Source: Diplonema japonicum (taxonomy: Eukaryota > Protista > Euglenozoa: Diplonemea). Taken from it: a DNA stretch of 64,000 nt. The translations under genes were made by a program, and so were the position numbers. How positions within the stretch are numbered: the first letter of the stretch is position 1; each line of letters opens with the position of its first letter. Shown piece by piece: positions 34,376 to 46,541 of the stretch. The DNA lies in NCBI GenBank assembly GCA_964019335.1, contig OZ025694.1, positions 186,001-250,000 of the forward strand. The letters are read 5' to 3'. The notes under the pieces were generated by a model, which had not been told where the DNA came from, ran no database searches, and saw only the letters and a program-made list of their open reading frames with translations.

Positions 34376-37300
34376 GGCCGCGGGACGGGAACGGGAAGCG
34401 AGGTGGGCAAGGCGAAGGCGGAGCTTCAGGCGAAGCTGGGAGAAGGGTTCTCGATCAGAGACTTCTCCAAGACGGAGGGGGACTGCCTCTACGAGGCGAC
34501 ATCAGTAGCGATCCATCAGGGCACCTCTGCTGGATCGGCCTTGAGGGAGCTGGTGGCTAGCCACCTGGCATCAACCGACAACAGTGCACTGCTGTATGCC
34601 CCCGAGCGCTACGGGGAATATGTGCAAGCAGTGAAGGACGGAGCGTGGGGGGACATCCTGCAGCTCCTCGCGCTCAGCGTGGTGTGCCGGCGCCACCTCG
34701 CCTGCTACCAGGTGAAGGACGGGGAGCTGTTGTGCACCTCCTTCCCCTCGCGCAACGCGGTAGAGAGCACCCCCATATACCTGGGGTTCGCTGCCGCCCA
34801 TTACGTGGCGCTGTCGGTGCGTGAGGGCACAACGCTCCCGGCAGCAGGCACCTACAACAACCCGAAGGTGCCCATGCCCTTGACTGGACGCCGCAGGTGG
34901 GCAGGAACAGATCAGTCCTGCTCGTCCCTGCAGGTATGGAAAAGGTGGCGTCCCTGTGGCTGATGGACGCAGACGACAAGGAAGGACCCACCTTGGTGTC
35001 CAGGGCCAAACTCCCCACGATGCCGGGAGTACTGGAGCAGGTGGTGCTGGCGACCGACGGCGGCAAGGGCAGGTGTGTGCGCAGGCTGTGGGTGACGGCG
35101 AAGGGCGGCGCACCCCTGAAGCAGGTCAAGAAGACGGTGGTAGTCCCCGCGGTCGAGAGCTGTGCTGCCGAGGTCTACTTGGTGGAGAGGACCAAGAAGG
35201 ACTACCACGACGCAAGGAGGGACCTCGTTCGCTGGGCCGCGAGCAAGTGCACGGCGCGGGTCGAGCCGAGGACGGGATCGAAGAGGGACGGCTGCGCCGA
35301 GCTGTGCATGGTAGTTGCCCGAGCGGACCTGGAGACCCTGTACCGACACAGTGGGACCGGTGGAGTCTATGTACGTCCCCCACACCAATCGACGAGCAAA
35401 TTTCCCGTTCTGTGGATCGAAGGCGCCTCGGCGACTGACGCCGCTCTCCTCGCAAAGCAGGCAGACGGGCTGGGGGTGGCATGGAGCAAGGGCACGGGAG
35501 AGTACGGGATCCGCGTGAAAGCAGAACGACTGGAAGAAATGGTGGCCTTCCTCCACAACAGGACCGCGAAGAAGGTGAAGGACCGCCGTCCGGTGCCGAT
35601 CAAGGGGGCCCCCTTCACGGTCAAGGGGATGGGAACGCAGGTCCCGGGGCTGGTGGTGGAGCAGAGGCTGCGCGCGATCGGGTGGGCAGCACAAGCGGTG
35701 CGCGTACTGGCGAGTGGCAGAAAAACCTGCACATGGCTGGTAGCGTCGGAGGCTGATCCACCAGGCCTCATGTTCGAGAGCGGCGACGAGCAGTGGCTGA
35801 TCCGGCCGCACGGTGCGGAAGGAGACCTCCTGAAGCACTCCACGTGGGGGAGCAAGGGTGGGGCAAAGAAGCCAGCACATAAGCCTCCCCCTCCACCTGC
35901 GACCAAGAACAAGACGAGCGACTTCCCACCCCTGCGGCCCGCCGCACAACCTCGACCTGCCAAGCGTCCGCGCGGAGTGAGGGAGCCGAGCAATCGTTCC
36001 ACTCGTGGTGGCAGTCCAAGGAGGCCGAGTACGCCGAAAAGGACCGCCGACACGAGGAGACGATGGCGAAGCTTCGACTCGAGCAGGAGAGGAGGCAGGC
36101 GGACCAGCAGGCGATGGCGCAGGCACTACGAGAGGCCCGGCAAAGATCACTCGGATGCAGAAGGCGCAGGAGAGCACGCAAATGCGTTTGATGGACGTGG
36201 AACAACAGCTTGCCGAGTTGGCGGCGGTGGCGTTGACGAGCAGTGCTAGTCGGAAGAGGACGGCAGGAGGAAAAGGGCGGGAAGGTCTCGAAGTCCGGCA
36301 CGAGATCCACCGCTAGCACACCAACGGGACAGATGCAGGTCGACCCACAGCACCCGGCCACCCCGCTACTGCTGCCCCAAGGGCCGGTGCAACAACAACA
36401 ACAATAGCAATTACAGCTGTCGGCAGGGATGAGTGGAGGAAGCGCTAGTGGCCCGCCTCTGCTCGATGACGTGCTCCGGATCACATCGGTGAATGTCGGG
36501 TCCCTGCACAACAAGCTCCCGCAGGTCCTAGCAACGCAGGATGAGGTGATCTGCCTGCAGGAGACCAAACTCACTGAGCACGGTCAACGCCAACTGTCGC
36601 AAGCTGTTGATGAAGGCGGGTATCACCCCCTGTGGGGTCGCGCTCAGGATGGCACGCCGGACAGGGCAGGGGTACTCAATCCAAACCTTGGGCAAAGGGG
36701 GGCGTCGCTGTGCTGACGAAGAAAGGCAGGCCGGCCATCGTGGCTCCAGTATCGGGGATCACAGTGCAGCCGAACAGGTGGCTGCACACTATGATAAATG
36801 TGGATGGCCGCGATCTATGGGTCCACGTCATCACGGTGTACTGCGCTGGCCACTACGGGAAGGCTGACAGGGAACGACTCCTACACTCGCTGCTCGTTGA
36901 ACTGAGGGCTAAACTCGGGGAGGTGCCGATCCTGGTCTTAGGGGATCTGAACACGGACGTTTCCGGGTCAGCGACGCTGAAACACGCGGTGGAAAACGAC
37001 TGGGTCGACGTCGGGGCGCTTCAGGCCGAGAAGGACGGACGGGAACCGGACCACACCTTCGAACGACCCGGGACGGAGACGAAGACGCGGATAGACTTCG
37101 TCCTGGCCAACGCGGTGGCTGCCGGAGCGCTGAAACGCTTCTGGACACACAAGAGGGTGCGGACCGGGGAGCACCTGTGTCTGTCCGTTGAGCTCTTCAC
37201 GCCGACGCTCAAGAAGCGGACGAAACGTTTCTTCCTCCCGAAGGAGCTACCGGTGGGAGCGGTGACGCCCGACGCTGATCTTGACCAAGGGCTTGCCGGC

Positions 37301-40300
37301 GACGACGCAATCCACCAAGCAGTTGACGCCAGGGACGTGGGGGGCCTCTACGCCTTGCTGAGCTGCGCTACCGAACGCTATATGCTGAGCTCAGCCGGAG
37401 TGACGGAGGTGAGGTCGTACGTAGGCAGAGGAGAGCCGCGAGAGCTGACGGAGAAGATGGTAGCAGCGAAGTCGACGGGGACGTCAGGGGGAGCTGCCGC
37501 ACGAGGCCAGACGATGCACGGCAGCCTCAGGAGGAAAATCGTGGCGCTCAGGACGGGGCTGAACGAGGCACTGCTGCGTGGTGGGCCGGGGACGCTGCCA
37601 GCGATGCTGCACGGGACGTGGCGGAACATCGTTAAGCTGGCCGAGAAGATGCACCTTGGGGTCGTGCCGGACAAGGACCTGCTACGGGGGGCTAGCCTGG
37701 AGGCTGCGCTGGTGGGACTGCGGGAGCTGGAGGCTGCGGCGGAGCAGGCTGACAGAGACACGGTGATGCGGCAACGCCTGGAGAACGAGGCAAGTTATAG
37801 GAAACGGGTGGCAGCTGATTTCCGTGACGACAGGCGGAGGATCGTAGCTTACGTTAGAGGTGACAAGGATGTTCACACATTGGCAGTCGCGAAGGAGGAC
37901 GGCAGGCTGACGGTAGATCTGGGGGAGATAGACGCGCTGATGAGGGGGGCATGGGCCTCCGTCTTCCACCTGTACCCGGACAAAAGTGACCGACCTTCCT
38001 ACGCTGCTTTCAAAGAGAGGTATGGCGGGTATATCGATAAACACCCCATGGAACTGGAGCCGATCACGGGGGGCGACCTCAGGGAGGTGTTAAACAGCAG
38101 ACCTGCGAGGGGCACCCCAGGCGTCGACGGCTGGAGGATCACGGAACTGAAGGCTATACCTGACGCGCTGCTCGAGAGGTGGGCGCAGCTCTTCAACGTC
38201 GTCGAGGAGACCGGCGAGTGGCCGGAGGCGCTATTGACAGCGCTTGTCTCTCTGATCCCGAAAGGCGAGGGCAGAGCCCCGTTGGACCACCCCCGATCAC
38301 CGTCACCAGCGCCGTGTACAGGCTGTGGGCGACAACGAGGATGAGACGCATCTTGGTCTGGCAGGAGTCGTGGGCGGACGCGTCACAACATGGGTTTAGG
38401 TCGAGGAGGGGTACGGACACGCTACTGCTGGAACTGACGACGCAGCTCGAAGAAGCTCTGCTATCGGGAACGCCGATGCACGGGCTCGCGCTAGACTTTG
38501 TCAAGTGCTTCGACCGAATCCCGCGGGAAGTGGCGCTCGGGCTAATGGGGTACCTGGGACTGCATCAGAACATACTGCGCCCTCTGGAGACGATGTACGA
38601 ATCCCTCAGACGGAGGTTCAAGTATCCGACAGGGGTGGGTGACGAATTTGCTACGTCGAACGGCATCCTGCAGGGGTGCCCGATCTCGGTGGTGATGGTG
38701 AACGCGCTGGTAGGGGTGATGGTGAAGGCCATCATGGCGGAGGTGCCCGGCGCTGATTCCCTGTCATACGCGGACGACGTCTACTTGATAGCAGCTCTGC
38801 TCAGCGCCCTGGAGAAGGCGGCAGCGGGGGTGTGCGAGTTCTCTCTGCTGACAGGGATGAACCTCAACCTGAGGAAGACAGACCTGTTCACAACGGCAGA
38901 ACACGGAACGGTGAAGTGCGGACGTGAGGTGCTCACGGCCAAAAAGGAGATCAACGTCCTGGGAGTCCGGGTATGTATGGACGGCGAGCACAGGGCGAAG
39001 CCCCTTGAGGCGATGGGACGCGCTTGCGGGAGACTGGCCGCCATGCCGCTGGGGTTCACACAGAAGGCGAGGATCCTCACCAGCTCCATTCTCCCCTCCT
39101 GCCTCTACGGTGTTGCCTATGCACCCCCCTCGAAAATGGATGCGGGTACAATCCGAGCGAGTGTTGCGACGTGCCTCTGGGGACCGAAGTTCAAGATGCG
39201 CTCGCCGTGTGCTGTTGCGAACGTCTTGCTGCCAGGGCACACGACGGACCCGCTGGTGGTGACACTTTACCGACTGCTGTGCACAGTGGTGAAGGTAGGC
39301 GGGTCGGATACGGAGCTGTGGGACCGGATGGGGAGGTGTGCCGCCCTGTACCGGGAGTGCGATATTGAAGCCCTGGGGCCAGTGGGACCCTGATGAGAAG
39401 ATGGCTGCCGGCGATCGGGAAAGGCTGGAATTTCGTGGTGGGGCTGGGTGCCATGCCGGAACGCGAGCGCAAGCACGAGATCCGGCGGGTGGCGAGGGCC
39501 ATGACGGCAGCCGAGCTAGCAGACGGGAGGGACTCCTACGACGGCATGCCGGAGGGAGCCGACCCGGACACGAACGTGTGGTGGAGGTCACTCTCGGGCA
39601 ACCCAGTGGCGGCGTACCGACTGAGGAGGCTGATTGCAGGAGCGGTGTTTGCGGTCTACCCGGGAGCGCCGGGCGTGGCGCAGGAACCGAACAACCCGCT
39701 GCAGCACCTCTGCGACGTGTGTGAGGAACGGTTCGGCAGCTACACGGAGGTGCTGGAGCACGCCCTCTGGCGATGCGAGCCGGGTGTCGCGGTGCGGAGC
39801 AAGGTGGAGTACGCGAACCTGGACCCGGCAGCTATGCCGAAGGCGACGAGGCTCCATGGGGTGGTGCCCAGAGGCTGCCAAGACAAGCCAAGGGCCTTAC
39901 TGGTGCAGAAGTACCTGCTGGAGGTAGTCACGCGGAGGGATGCAGCGGTGGAAGCGAACCGCGCACTGCAGACACAAGCTTACCCGTGGCGGGCGGTCGT
40001 GACGGGGAGGGCGCACCCGACGCCGACGGTGTCTGAACTACGAAGGCTGGGGGCGTCAGGAACAGTGATAGACAAGCTGCTGAGGCCGGTGCTGAGGTGG
40101 TTGGGAGGCCTGCTGTGGGATGACGCGCCTGGTCGGCACACGGCGGTGACGACGTTAGAGCTGGCCCTCGACTTCGAGAGGGAGATGGAGCTGCCGCTGG
40201 ACGACGGCGGGGAAGTGGGCAAGGTGGAGGACCTGGGCGTCAAGGCAAGGAGGCTACGGTATGTGCTGAGACGAGTCCAGGACCTGTACCACGCTGATGG

Positions 40301-40563
40301 CAGAGGGGTAGCGTTCCCAGCGGCGCGAGTGGAGCGCGTCAACTCCCTACGCTGTATCGGAGGACCGACCACACACGGGTATGACAGGAGGCCAGTACTC
40401 CCGGAACGAACCATGAGTAGCATCGAAGGCTTGCGGGACAGGTACCTGTCGCAGACACCGACAAGGCTGCCCCGCAGCATGACCACCGCAGTAGGAACCC
40501 GCCAGAGCCCCCAGAACGGGGACAACGGGGACTAAGCGCAGCGCGGCCGGTGAGCGCAAAAAC
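34247..40563 (+). mobile_element. Near full-length non-LTR retrotransposon (OTU protease - ORF1-like region - coiled coil - APE - RT - CCHC finger - C-terminal domain), broken by several frameshifts and at least one stop
   Basis: OTU: EGDCLYEA, AWGDILQLLALS, AHYVAL. APE: ITSVNVGSL, ICLQETK, LGDLNTD, TRIDFVLAN. RT: PGVDGW, PITVTSAVYRLW, QHGFR, LDFVKCFDRI, GILQGCPIS, YADD. Finger CDVC..H..C. Ends are approximate; TTAAAAGAA at 40571-40579 also occurs at 34188 and 34264. Confidence 0.92.
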
Positions 40564-40843
40564 GCATACCTTAAAAGAATAGTTTTTTTTTTTTTTTTTC
40601 GTGGTTACCACCAAAAAGAAGAGAAAAAAAAAAAAGAAGAAAAAAAAAAAAGAAAAGAAACCAGTATTTTTTTTTTTTTTATAGTTCGTTTGAGTCTGAC
40701 TTGCGAAAAAAGTAGTTTAAAAAAAAAAAAATCCCCCCCCTTTTTTTTCCCCCTATTTTTCTTTTTATTTGGGTGGAAAGTATACAGGAAGGGGACGGGG
40801 GGTTTATTTCTCTTTTTTTTTTTTTTTTCCCGCTTTACACAGC

Positions 40844-41017
40844 ATGGGCCAGCAACAAGCGCAGCCAGTGAAGGAGTCCGAGCTCGACAGGCAGGAGAGG
40901 GAGTGCAAGGCAAGGTGCGCTGTGCGGGTCAGGGAGTTCGAGGTGGACATGGGTAGGCCGCTTGACGGGGCAGGGTGGGCAGGGAAGATGAAAGCGTGCA
41001 GCAAACATTGCGAGTAA
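40844..41017 (+). CDS. Candidate 57-aa microprotein with an MG N-terminus and twin CX3C
   Basis: T-tract + ACAG immediately before the ATG; GC-rich island in homopolymer DNA; A-run after the stop; CKARC...CSKHC. Confidence 0.5.
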   Translation: MGQQQAQPVKESELDRQERECKARCAVRVREFEVDMGRPLDGAGWAGKMKACSKHCE

Positions 41018-41141
41018 CTTAAAAAGAAAAAGAAAAAAAAAAGAAAAAAGGGGGTCATTATTACCTTGACCCTTCCACCCCCCCTTTTTTATATTCTTAT
41101 AAAACCTTTCGTCACTAAAAGGGGGAGGGAGAGGAGAAGAA

Positions 41142-41684
41142 ATGGTAACTAAAAAACACGTTTTGGAACAAACCTCTGAAGAAGCAGCCGACTTCTCGGA
41201 CACCGATCTAACGAATGAAGGGGTGAAGATGCTTTGCAAAGCTCTGACTTGGAACACTAAGGTGACGAGGCTGTATCTGGCAGGCTGTGGACTGGATGAC
41301 GAATGCCTGGTGGGGCTTTTCAATGCAATCTCGATGAGCAATGTGAGGGAACTCTATCTCACCAGGAACGGTGGGGTGGGCGATTCTTCCGTCACCTACC
41401 TCCTCAAGGTCCTGCCGCACACAAACCTCTGCAAGGTTGTATTCTCAAAAAAAAACGTTTCTGCCCCACTCCTCGACCAGCTGTCTACTTCACTATCTGC
41501 AAACCCCTACACACCAGTTTCCCCTCCTAAGGGCTACATACCTTTACTAGAACATGATGAATGTTCAGAGTATAAACCAGGGAAAGGATGGGACATGTTC
41601 ACAACACCTGAGGCGTGTCTGATGCTGCTGAAGCATCAGCGTGAACTTGCGGAAAGGCTGGGATTCGAAATAAAACCGATTTGA
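41142..41684 (+). CDS. Small RNI-like leucine-rich repeat protein
   Basis: LTNEGVKMLCKALTWNTKVTRLYLAGCGLDDECLVGL..VRELYLTRNGGVGD. Confidence 0.8.
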   Translation: MVTKKHVLEQTSEEAADFSDTDLTNEGVKMLCKALTWNTKVTRLYLAGCGLDDECLVGLFNAISMSNVRELYLTRNGGVGDSSVTYLLKVLPHTNLCKVVFSKKNVSAPLLDQLSTSLSANPYTPVSPPKGYIPLLEHDECSEYKPGKGWDMFTTPEACLMLLKHQRELAERLGFEIKPI

Positions 41685-41818
41685 AGTAGGGTTTCCCCCC
41701 ACCCCCCCCTACCCTAGCCCTCATCTGTTCATTTTTTTTTTTTTTTTTTTTTCCCAACAATTTTTTTTTTTTGTGAAAGTTTTTCACAGAAAAGAGAAAA
41801 AAAAAAAAAAAAAAAAAA

Positions 41819-42394
41819 ATGGGTTGCAGTGCAAGCCTTCAGACGTCAGCTCCCGCTCAAATGCATATGCAGACAAGAGAGCCCTTGGACAGAGAGGAGG
41901 AGTCCCCTGTGATGTTGCCTGCTTTGGTTCAAAACAAGTCTTTCATTTCAGAGGGGTCATGCGAAGAAGGTCTACGGGGCTTGGGCAGCGTAATGCTCCC
42001 ACCCGCAGTCAGCGAAGGCAGCAGCAGAAGCGAGAGCATGTACAGCAGCAGGAGATCGGAAAACAGTTCATTTATCTCGAACCTGGTTCGCATGGACGAT
42101 GTTGGTGTCATTGACGGGTTCTCCTCAGACAGTGAAGAAGGGTCCCCAGTGAGGTCTTACAAAGACAGCTACTTGGAGTGTTGCTACACACCTCTTGCTA
42201 AGACGACCGACACAGTCCTTAAGCTTCCTCCTTCCGTCTCTGAACACGGAAGCGCTTATGGTTCTTGGTACAACAAGAACCTGCTTTCAATAAGCGAATC
42301 TTCAGACGATGAAGATGAGGAACCTTACTCCTACACAAAGAGGAAGCTGAAGGACAGCTATTTGGAGTGCTCGTACAGAAGCATCTGTGAGTGA
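41819..42394 (+). CDS. Hypothetical Ser-rich protein with an MGC acylation-type N-terminus
   Basis: MGCSAS start; internal repeat KDSYLECCY/KDSYLECSY. Confidence 0.65.
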   Translation: MGCSASLQTSAPAQMHMQTREPLDREEESPVMLPALVQNKSFISEGSCEEGLRGLGSVMLPPAVSEGSSRSESMYSSRRSENSSFISNLVRMDDVGVIDGFSSDSEEGSPVRSYKDSYLECCYTPLAKTTDTVLKLPPSVSEHGSAYGSWYNKNLLSISESSDDEDEEPYSYTKRKLKDSYLECSYRSICE

Positions 42395-43029
42395 AAAGGG
42401 AACAAAAAAAAAAAAAAAAAAAGAAAGAAAAAAAAAAAAAAAAGAAAAAAAAAACACCCACAACGAAACAACACAGACGTTTTACTATGACATACCACAC
42501 AAAAATAATTTTTTTTTTTTTTAAATTTTTTTTTATTTTTTTGAATAAAAATACAGAGCCAGCCGATGGATGCGGGTAATTTTTTTTTTTTTATTATATT
42601 CCTTTCCTGAGGAAGAAAAAAAAAAAAGGGGGGGGGAAAAAAAGAAGAAAAAAAAAAAAAAAGAGTAAGAACAAGATCAATCCCAAGGCGGAGGTGGTGT
42701 TGCTTTTCCCACCCCGAAAAACCCGAGGAACATGACAAACCCCTTTTTTTTTTGAAAGGGAAAGAAAAAGAAGAAAGGGGGGAGAAAAAAGAGATATGGA
42801 GGGGGGGACTCCTTCAGAGTTCTTTTTTTCTTTCCCCCCGATTAGGTATAAAAAAAAGCAGTATCGCTCGTGTGCGCAAAACGAAATATTATTGCACTAC
42901 TAGCGAACTTCTTTTTATGTTGACCGTGAAAAAAGAAGGAAAAAAGAAAAACATTATTTTTTTTTTTATTTTTTATTTAATTCTGAGCTGCACTCTTAAA
43001 GAATTTTAGGCCAGAAGAAATAAGTCAGG

Positions 43030-43406
43030 TTTCACAGATCTGGGCGTGAAATAAAGTATCTGATTTTTTCCCTCATGTTTTTAATGCTACTAAATGTACT
43101 AAATGACTGTGGGCGTGAAAATCAGGTACTTTATTTCACGCCCACAGTCATTTTTTTCTAGCAAAATGGGCAAAAAACCGAAGGCGACCGGGAAGCGAGC
43201 CAAAGGCATCAGCCCGCTTCCAACAACAAGCAAAATGGCATACAGGAAGGAGTGGGAGAGGTTTTGCACCTACCACTCAGCACCCAAATTCTTTGCGAGA
43301 GCAGCTCACCATTAGATAAAAATGTAGTATTGAATAAAAATCAGAGCATGATTTCACTTGTGGGGACCCCACAAGTGAAATCAGGCCATCTGATTTTCAT
43401 TTAATA
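43030..43406 (+). mobile_element. Palindrome-rich non-autonomous element, Crypton-like (tyrosine-recombinase transposon) remnant
   Basis: Inverted repeats 43041-43067/43118-43144 and 43101-43120/43134-43153. ~80-bp palindrome 43328-43406 with a perfect 17-bp core. Short ORF containing LPTTSKMAYRKEWERFC, resembling a YR N-terminal helix. Confidence 0.5.
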
Positions 43407-43473
43407 AGTAGCTATTATTTTATTATTCTTATGAACCTTGATGTGCATGTGGGAAGAATGGCGAGGAAGAGGG

Positions 43474-43504
<31 letters not shown>

Positions 43505-43830
43505 GGAAAAAAATGGAAAAAAAAGAACCTTCATAGGTGAGAGTGGAGAATCTCAGTGCAGCGGTGTCGCCCAACGTAATATTACGTAAGTTAAAACAAG
43601 GAACTTTTTTCAACTAGCACAATTGAGCAGGTGGTCAACGAAAATCTTTTGTCTCCAGACCACTGTCACACCCAAGCGCTGCCATCTCCATTCTCTCTTA
43701 TTCTCTTTTTCCTGATTTTTCTTTCTTTTTTTTTTTTTTTTTTTTTAAACTCTTTGTGATACAGGTGGGGGGGGGGAAAAACCAAGGGGCTTATACATTT
43801 TGATGAAATTTAAAAAAAAAAAAAAAAATA

Positions 43831-45289
43831 CTGTAAAACAAAAATCCACCGGAAGATAAAATATCCGATTTTTTCTTCCGGACATTCTTTTGGGCACTTT
43901 TCTAAGGGGTACCTAGCCTGCCCTACGCACTGTACCCTCTGTCTGGAAAACTTATATTTCTGTTGCAAGAGTCTTAAGAACGGCAAAAATAAAATTCAAA
44001 TTAACAGACGAAAGCTGTATGCTCTAAAAAGGGGAAGGACATATCTCGCGACCCCTCCAGGTGCTGACCTCTTCAGGTGACTGAAATGATATTGCAAGTG
44101 GGAATATCTTCAGGTGAGAGGCACCCTTCAATGGCTGCGTCCCAGCAGGTTGGAGAGTACTTTTCCCGACAAGAACTAAAAAAGGGGCGAGGAAAGGGCA
44201 GCATCTTACCTGTCCGCCCGTCTGGCCGTCTTGTTTGCTGCCTTCGCAGCCTTGGCAGTGCGCCTGGCCTCGGCCTTAATGGCACAAATAGGTGAGGTCT
44301 GGGGGACAAACGCTAAGTGAACGTTTGTTTCTGAAAACAAGTTCACAGCAAAAGCCTGCATAGTGTGGACATTGTAGTCATCAAGGATGAGTAGGATGGG
44401 CTCGGTGGGTGCTCAGCCCGATGACTCGATGAGGTTGTAGCAAAGGGGAGAAACAAATCTTTTACCCAGAGCCGAAGCGTTTCCTGGGTGGCCCAGTGAG
44501 ATTTCGAAGCTGTTAAACTCCAGCCTTTTGGGGGGTGTGCAACACGAGGGACGGACCCGAGTTATTTCCTGCCGCGAGCTGGTTCTGTTTTTCCCGTGTA
44601 AATTAAACTGCGGGTGCAGTTTGCCACCAGTCAGGGAAACGCAAAACTGTCCGGTGACGGCGCGCTTGTCCCAAATCCCTAACCTTGACAACCTTGGGCA
44701 GCAGCTGGTCCATGTTCCAGGTCAACCGGCCTGATCTTCGTGAACCTCCTCGCTGCTTGGGTGTCTTTGGGGCTGCTAGACTTCCCTATTGTTGGGCTGG
44801 CGGCGGCTTTGTGATGCCATGCTTGGGGCACAGCTGGTTGGCCCTCTGCATACAGGCAGATGTCCGACGCTGCTACCGGCACCCCCCTTCCGTTCTGAGG
44901 CTTGCGACCCGCAGTAACGGGAGGGAGATCGACCTTGGAGCTACCAAAGCGGTGCTTCCAGTCTGATATACTGGACATTGGCTCCATGACGCAAACTCGC
45001 AAAAAATAAGAACAACCCTAAAGCAAGAACAAGAAGTGGTTTGGTTCAACAAGCTTGTGTAGAAGCAAACAATCAGGATCTGAGGTGTCTTTTAGTTCTT
45101 GGAAAAGTCCGTAATTCAATTCTCTGATTTTTGTTTGATTTTCTCTTGCTATAGAAACTAGTTTCATCTGTTTTCGGGTCCAGCCCTTTAATAAAAGGGG
45201 GGTCCCAGGAAAGAAATGTCCGGAAGAAAAAATATCCGGACCGCCAGAGCTTCCGGACATTTTATCTTCCGGTGATTTTTGTTTTACAG
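43831..45289. mobile_element. TA-flanked TIR DNA transposon (Tc1/mariner-pogo-like), internally decayed
   Basis: TA|CTGTAAAACAAAAATC(C)ACCGGAAGATAAAAT at both ends in inverted orientation, with inner TTCTTCCGGACATT repeats. No intact transposase ORF. Confidence 0.8.
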
Positions 45290-46133
45290 TAATAATAATT
45301 TTCTTTTTTTTGTTCTTTTCCCCCCCTTCTTCTTTCTTTTTTTTCTTTTTGTTTCTTTTTTTTTTTTTTTTTTTGCCTTGTGGGAGAGCAACAACGACAT
45401 GGTCAGGCACCAGGATGCAGCCGCAGAAAGGTGACTGACGGGCACGTGTAGAGGATCCCCAGTCCACGGTGAGCACCAACCAGCGCACCGCAACAAATAA
45501 TTCGCGTTTTCTTTCATTTTTATGGCTGGGGAACAATTAGCAAATGTGTTTTGGGTTGCAAAACACGTGCAGGTTTATAACCATGCACGTACTTCTTTCC
45601 TTCTTCTTTGACTTTTTTTTTTCTCTGCACCAGAATGTCAATAAACAGGCCAGCCCTTTCTTTAGGCCTCGGTTGCTATTTATTTTTTCTTTCTATCTAA
45701 TTTCTTTTTTTTTTTTTTTTTTACCAAATTCTTTTTTTATCTCCCCCTCCCTTCTTTTTCCACCCTTCCATAAAAAAAAAAAAAAAGAAATGGATATGAG
45801 ATTACGTAGCATTCACTCCTTTCCATTTTCAAAATATTGTTTTTTTTTTCTTCCCCTTTTTTTTCTATTGCTTTATTTGTTATCTCCCCCCCCCCCCCCC
45901 CCCCAATACGGATATTAATAGGGGTAAGGCTCTCTCCCCTGGGTATCTCGTGTGAATTCTCTTCCTTCCCCCCTTCAAAAAAAACTTCAAAAAAAAAAAA
46001 CGAAAGAAAATGGAAAAAAAGAAACACTGAAAGAATGGAGGAAAAAAAAAAAAAAAAAGAAAAAAAAAAAGAAATAAAAAGAAACTCACCGTCTCCCTTT
46101 TTTTTTTTTATTATTATTCTTATTTCTGTAAAG

Positions 46134-46292
46134 TGAAAAACGTCTGACTGTCAAGACTTGTCCGGAAAGATTCCCGACGCCCAAGAAGCTCTTCTAGTGG
46201 CCTTCAAGAATTTAAAAAAAAAGAAGAAAAAAAAAACGGAATTTTTAAGTAAAAAAACAAACTCGGAAATTCGTCAGTCTGGCACTTTTTCA
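46134..46292. mobile_element. Possible small MITE, related to 52087-52162
   Basis: Right end GTCAGTCTGGCACTTT resembles GTCAGTCCGGCACTTT at ~52150; left-end inverted match is weak. Confidence 0.3.
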
Positions 46293-46506
46293 TTTTTTAC
46301 AGTATTTTTTTTCTTATTTTTTTTTTCTCACTATCTCTGTCTTCTACATCTTTTTCCTTTCTTTTCTTTCTTTCTTATTCTTTTTTTTTTTTCTTCTAGT
46401 AACAATAAAAAAAAAAAAATACAAGGAGCTCCCTGTTTCTCCCCCTTTACCATTGTTCTTGCTTGTGTTACAATTCACCTCAAGGGGATTGATGTGTGGG
46501 GATGCT

Positions 46507-46541
<35 letters not shown>

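Noticed and set aside
39388-39396. TGATG stop-start overlap as programmed reinitiation in the LINE
   Set aside because: A single-base deletion explains it, as with the element's other frameshifts; assembly indels are also possible.
34571-40559. Long minus-strand ORFs (e.g. 34912-36177) within the LINE and other genes
   Set aside because: Antisense shadows of GC-rich coding sequence; no motifs.
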